From Lingula anatina (taxonomy: Eukaryota > Animalia > Brachiopoda), in NCBI GenBank assembly GCA_051362555.1, contig CM120640.1:12896001-12960000 (forward strand): 64,000 nt of DNA. The letters are read 5' to 3'. The notes under the pieces were generated by a model that did not search any database, was not told where the DNA came from, and saw only the letters and a list, made by a program, of their open reading frames with translations. Positions within the stretch are counted from its first letter, which is position 1. Every line of letters begins with the position of its first letter. Made by a program: the position numbers and the translations under genes. Positions 63,001-64,000 of the stretch are shown piece by piece.

Positions 63001-63697
63001 TTGTTTATTTTCTGCAGGGAGGCTTCAAATTTTTTTTTTTTTTTTTTTTTTTTGCAATATGAGACAAAATTAGTGCTATGAGTTCCACTTTGTCACAAAT
63101 TGTTATCTTTGTCATTTCCTTGATCCGTTAGTTAGGTCTGTTGTATTGATTATTCTTATCCCTAATTTTAGTGAAATATCACTGCAGTCATTATAGGTCT
63201 ATCTAGAGTTATTTAATTGATATGTAGGTAAGCTAATATGTTTCAGCTGAGATTTAGTGTGGTTATAAAGCGTGATGTATCACATGTCAGTTGAAATAAG
63301 GAATTGCAGAACAAAATCTCGATCAGTGTTAATCATTGAAATTGTTTTGAATAAATGAATTTTGTTTATTTCTTGCAGGAAAAAAGAATGGCACTTTTAA
63401 AGAAGAATGTGGAAAGGGAAGCACGCATAGACTCTCTGAGATCTAAAAGTAGACATGGGATTTTTGGATTTGGCAGCGGCACTCCCAGGGATATATGTGA
63501 GACTCTAAATGCCTCAAAGCGTGCTCAATCTAGCCTTAATTTATCTGCTCATCGCATGACCCCATTTGAGTTCTCTGACTCCTCAGATAGTGAACGTGAG
63601 CGCATGCCCCGCCGAGCTGTGTCTGCATGGCATCTTTTACAACCTGCTAGCAATAGTAGCAAGGCGGTGACATCAACCTCTGCCTCTGAAAAGCGTG
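45027..63697 (+). CDS. MAP7: MAP7/ensconsin family microtubule-associated protein, 5' part (continues beyond the window)
   Basis: Exons 45027-45072, 58162-58275, 60742-60974, 63379-63697 with matching phases (1,1,0,1). Coiled coil RRKKIEEMKKRDEERRQAVEERRKKALLEEQEKRMALLKKNVERE followed by FGFGSGTPR, as in the ensconsin N-terminal microtubule-binding domain. Confidence 0.8.
51913..55637. mobile_element. 3.7-kb non-autonomous TIR element with TA target duplication (Tc1/mariner-type ends) in MAP7 intron 1
   Basis: TA at 51911-51912 and 55638-55639; TIR CGGTAAwGTGCCATGAATTTCGAAC; subterminal CGAAATTCAyG repeats at both ends; CpG-rich interior; no transposase ORF seen. Confidence 0.85.
59417..59641. 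mobile_element. PIF/Harbinger-type MITE (family copy 2)
   Basis: TTA duplication (59414-59416, 59642-59644); TIR cattcccagagatttagatcgatc / gatcgctctaaaatctatgggaatg; paralog of 20102-20316. Confidence 0.8.
59670..59870. mobile_element. Small inverted-repeat element (MITE-like)
   Basis: actaacactacccgcagattttttagcact is mirrored by agtgctaaaggatctgcaggtagtgttagt. Confidence 0.6.
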
Positions 63698-64000
63698 GTA
63701 TGCTGTGGCTTTATGAAGCTGTTTTATTTATTTTATTATTATTATTATTGACAGAAAATCATGTTGATATGCAAATTCCACACAAATCTGGTAAACTGCA
63801 TTGTCATGTTCTCTCGACTTTTTGACTAAATGCAATATGTGACAGGCTGATCTGAAAAGTGAAGGAAGCCTTATTTCAGCCCGTTGTTAGATGTTTTACT
63901 GGGAGAGAAAAGTTTTTGCATATTGGATTATATTTTGTCAAAAACCAAACCAGTATGATTTTCAAATAATTTTACTTGTATGTGTAATCATTTGAGTGGC

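Noticed and set aside
1-64000. tRNA, rRNA, CRISPR arrays or prokaryotic operons
   Set aside because: None recognised by eye; a covariance-model scan (tRNAscan-SE, Infernal/Rfam) would be needed to exclude intronic snoRNAs or miRNAs.

Overview
AT-rich, intron-rich animal genomic DNA; gene content and repeat types suggest a marine invertebrate, probably a lophotrochozoan (inference). It is not prokaryotic, and most six-frame ORFs are spurious or are single exons. From left to right: (1) a single-coding-exon GT31 beta-1,3-galactosyltransferase-like gene in a mosaic of DIRS/tyrosine-recombinase retroelement remnants, with two truncated GT31 copies and a ~70-bp minisatellite; (2) a 27-coding-exon SMCR8 gene on the minus strand; (3) head-to-head with it, a 12-exon PLP-dependent class-V enzyme of the Egt2/L-cysteine desulfhydrase/CefD family; (4) a minus-strand unit that appears to carry three short single-TM ORFs in series (59 aa, PIGBOS1-like 74 aa, 59 aa), 18-20 nt apart after predicted splicing; (5) a MAP7/ensconsin gene that shares a very compact bidirectional promoter with that unit and runs off the right edge. 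Introns hold many DNA transposons: a THAP-carrying Kolobok, a pogo-like DDE element, Harbinger MITEs and a Myb/SANT remnant, a 3.7-kb TA-flanked non-autonomous element and fold-back MITEs. The best candidate for an undescribed system is the polycistronic microprotein transcript. Exon structures were read by hand from GT-AG sites and frame continuity. Family assignments come from recalled motifs, and no database searches were run.
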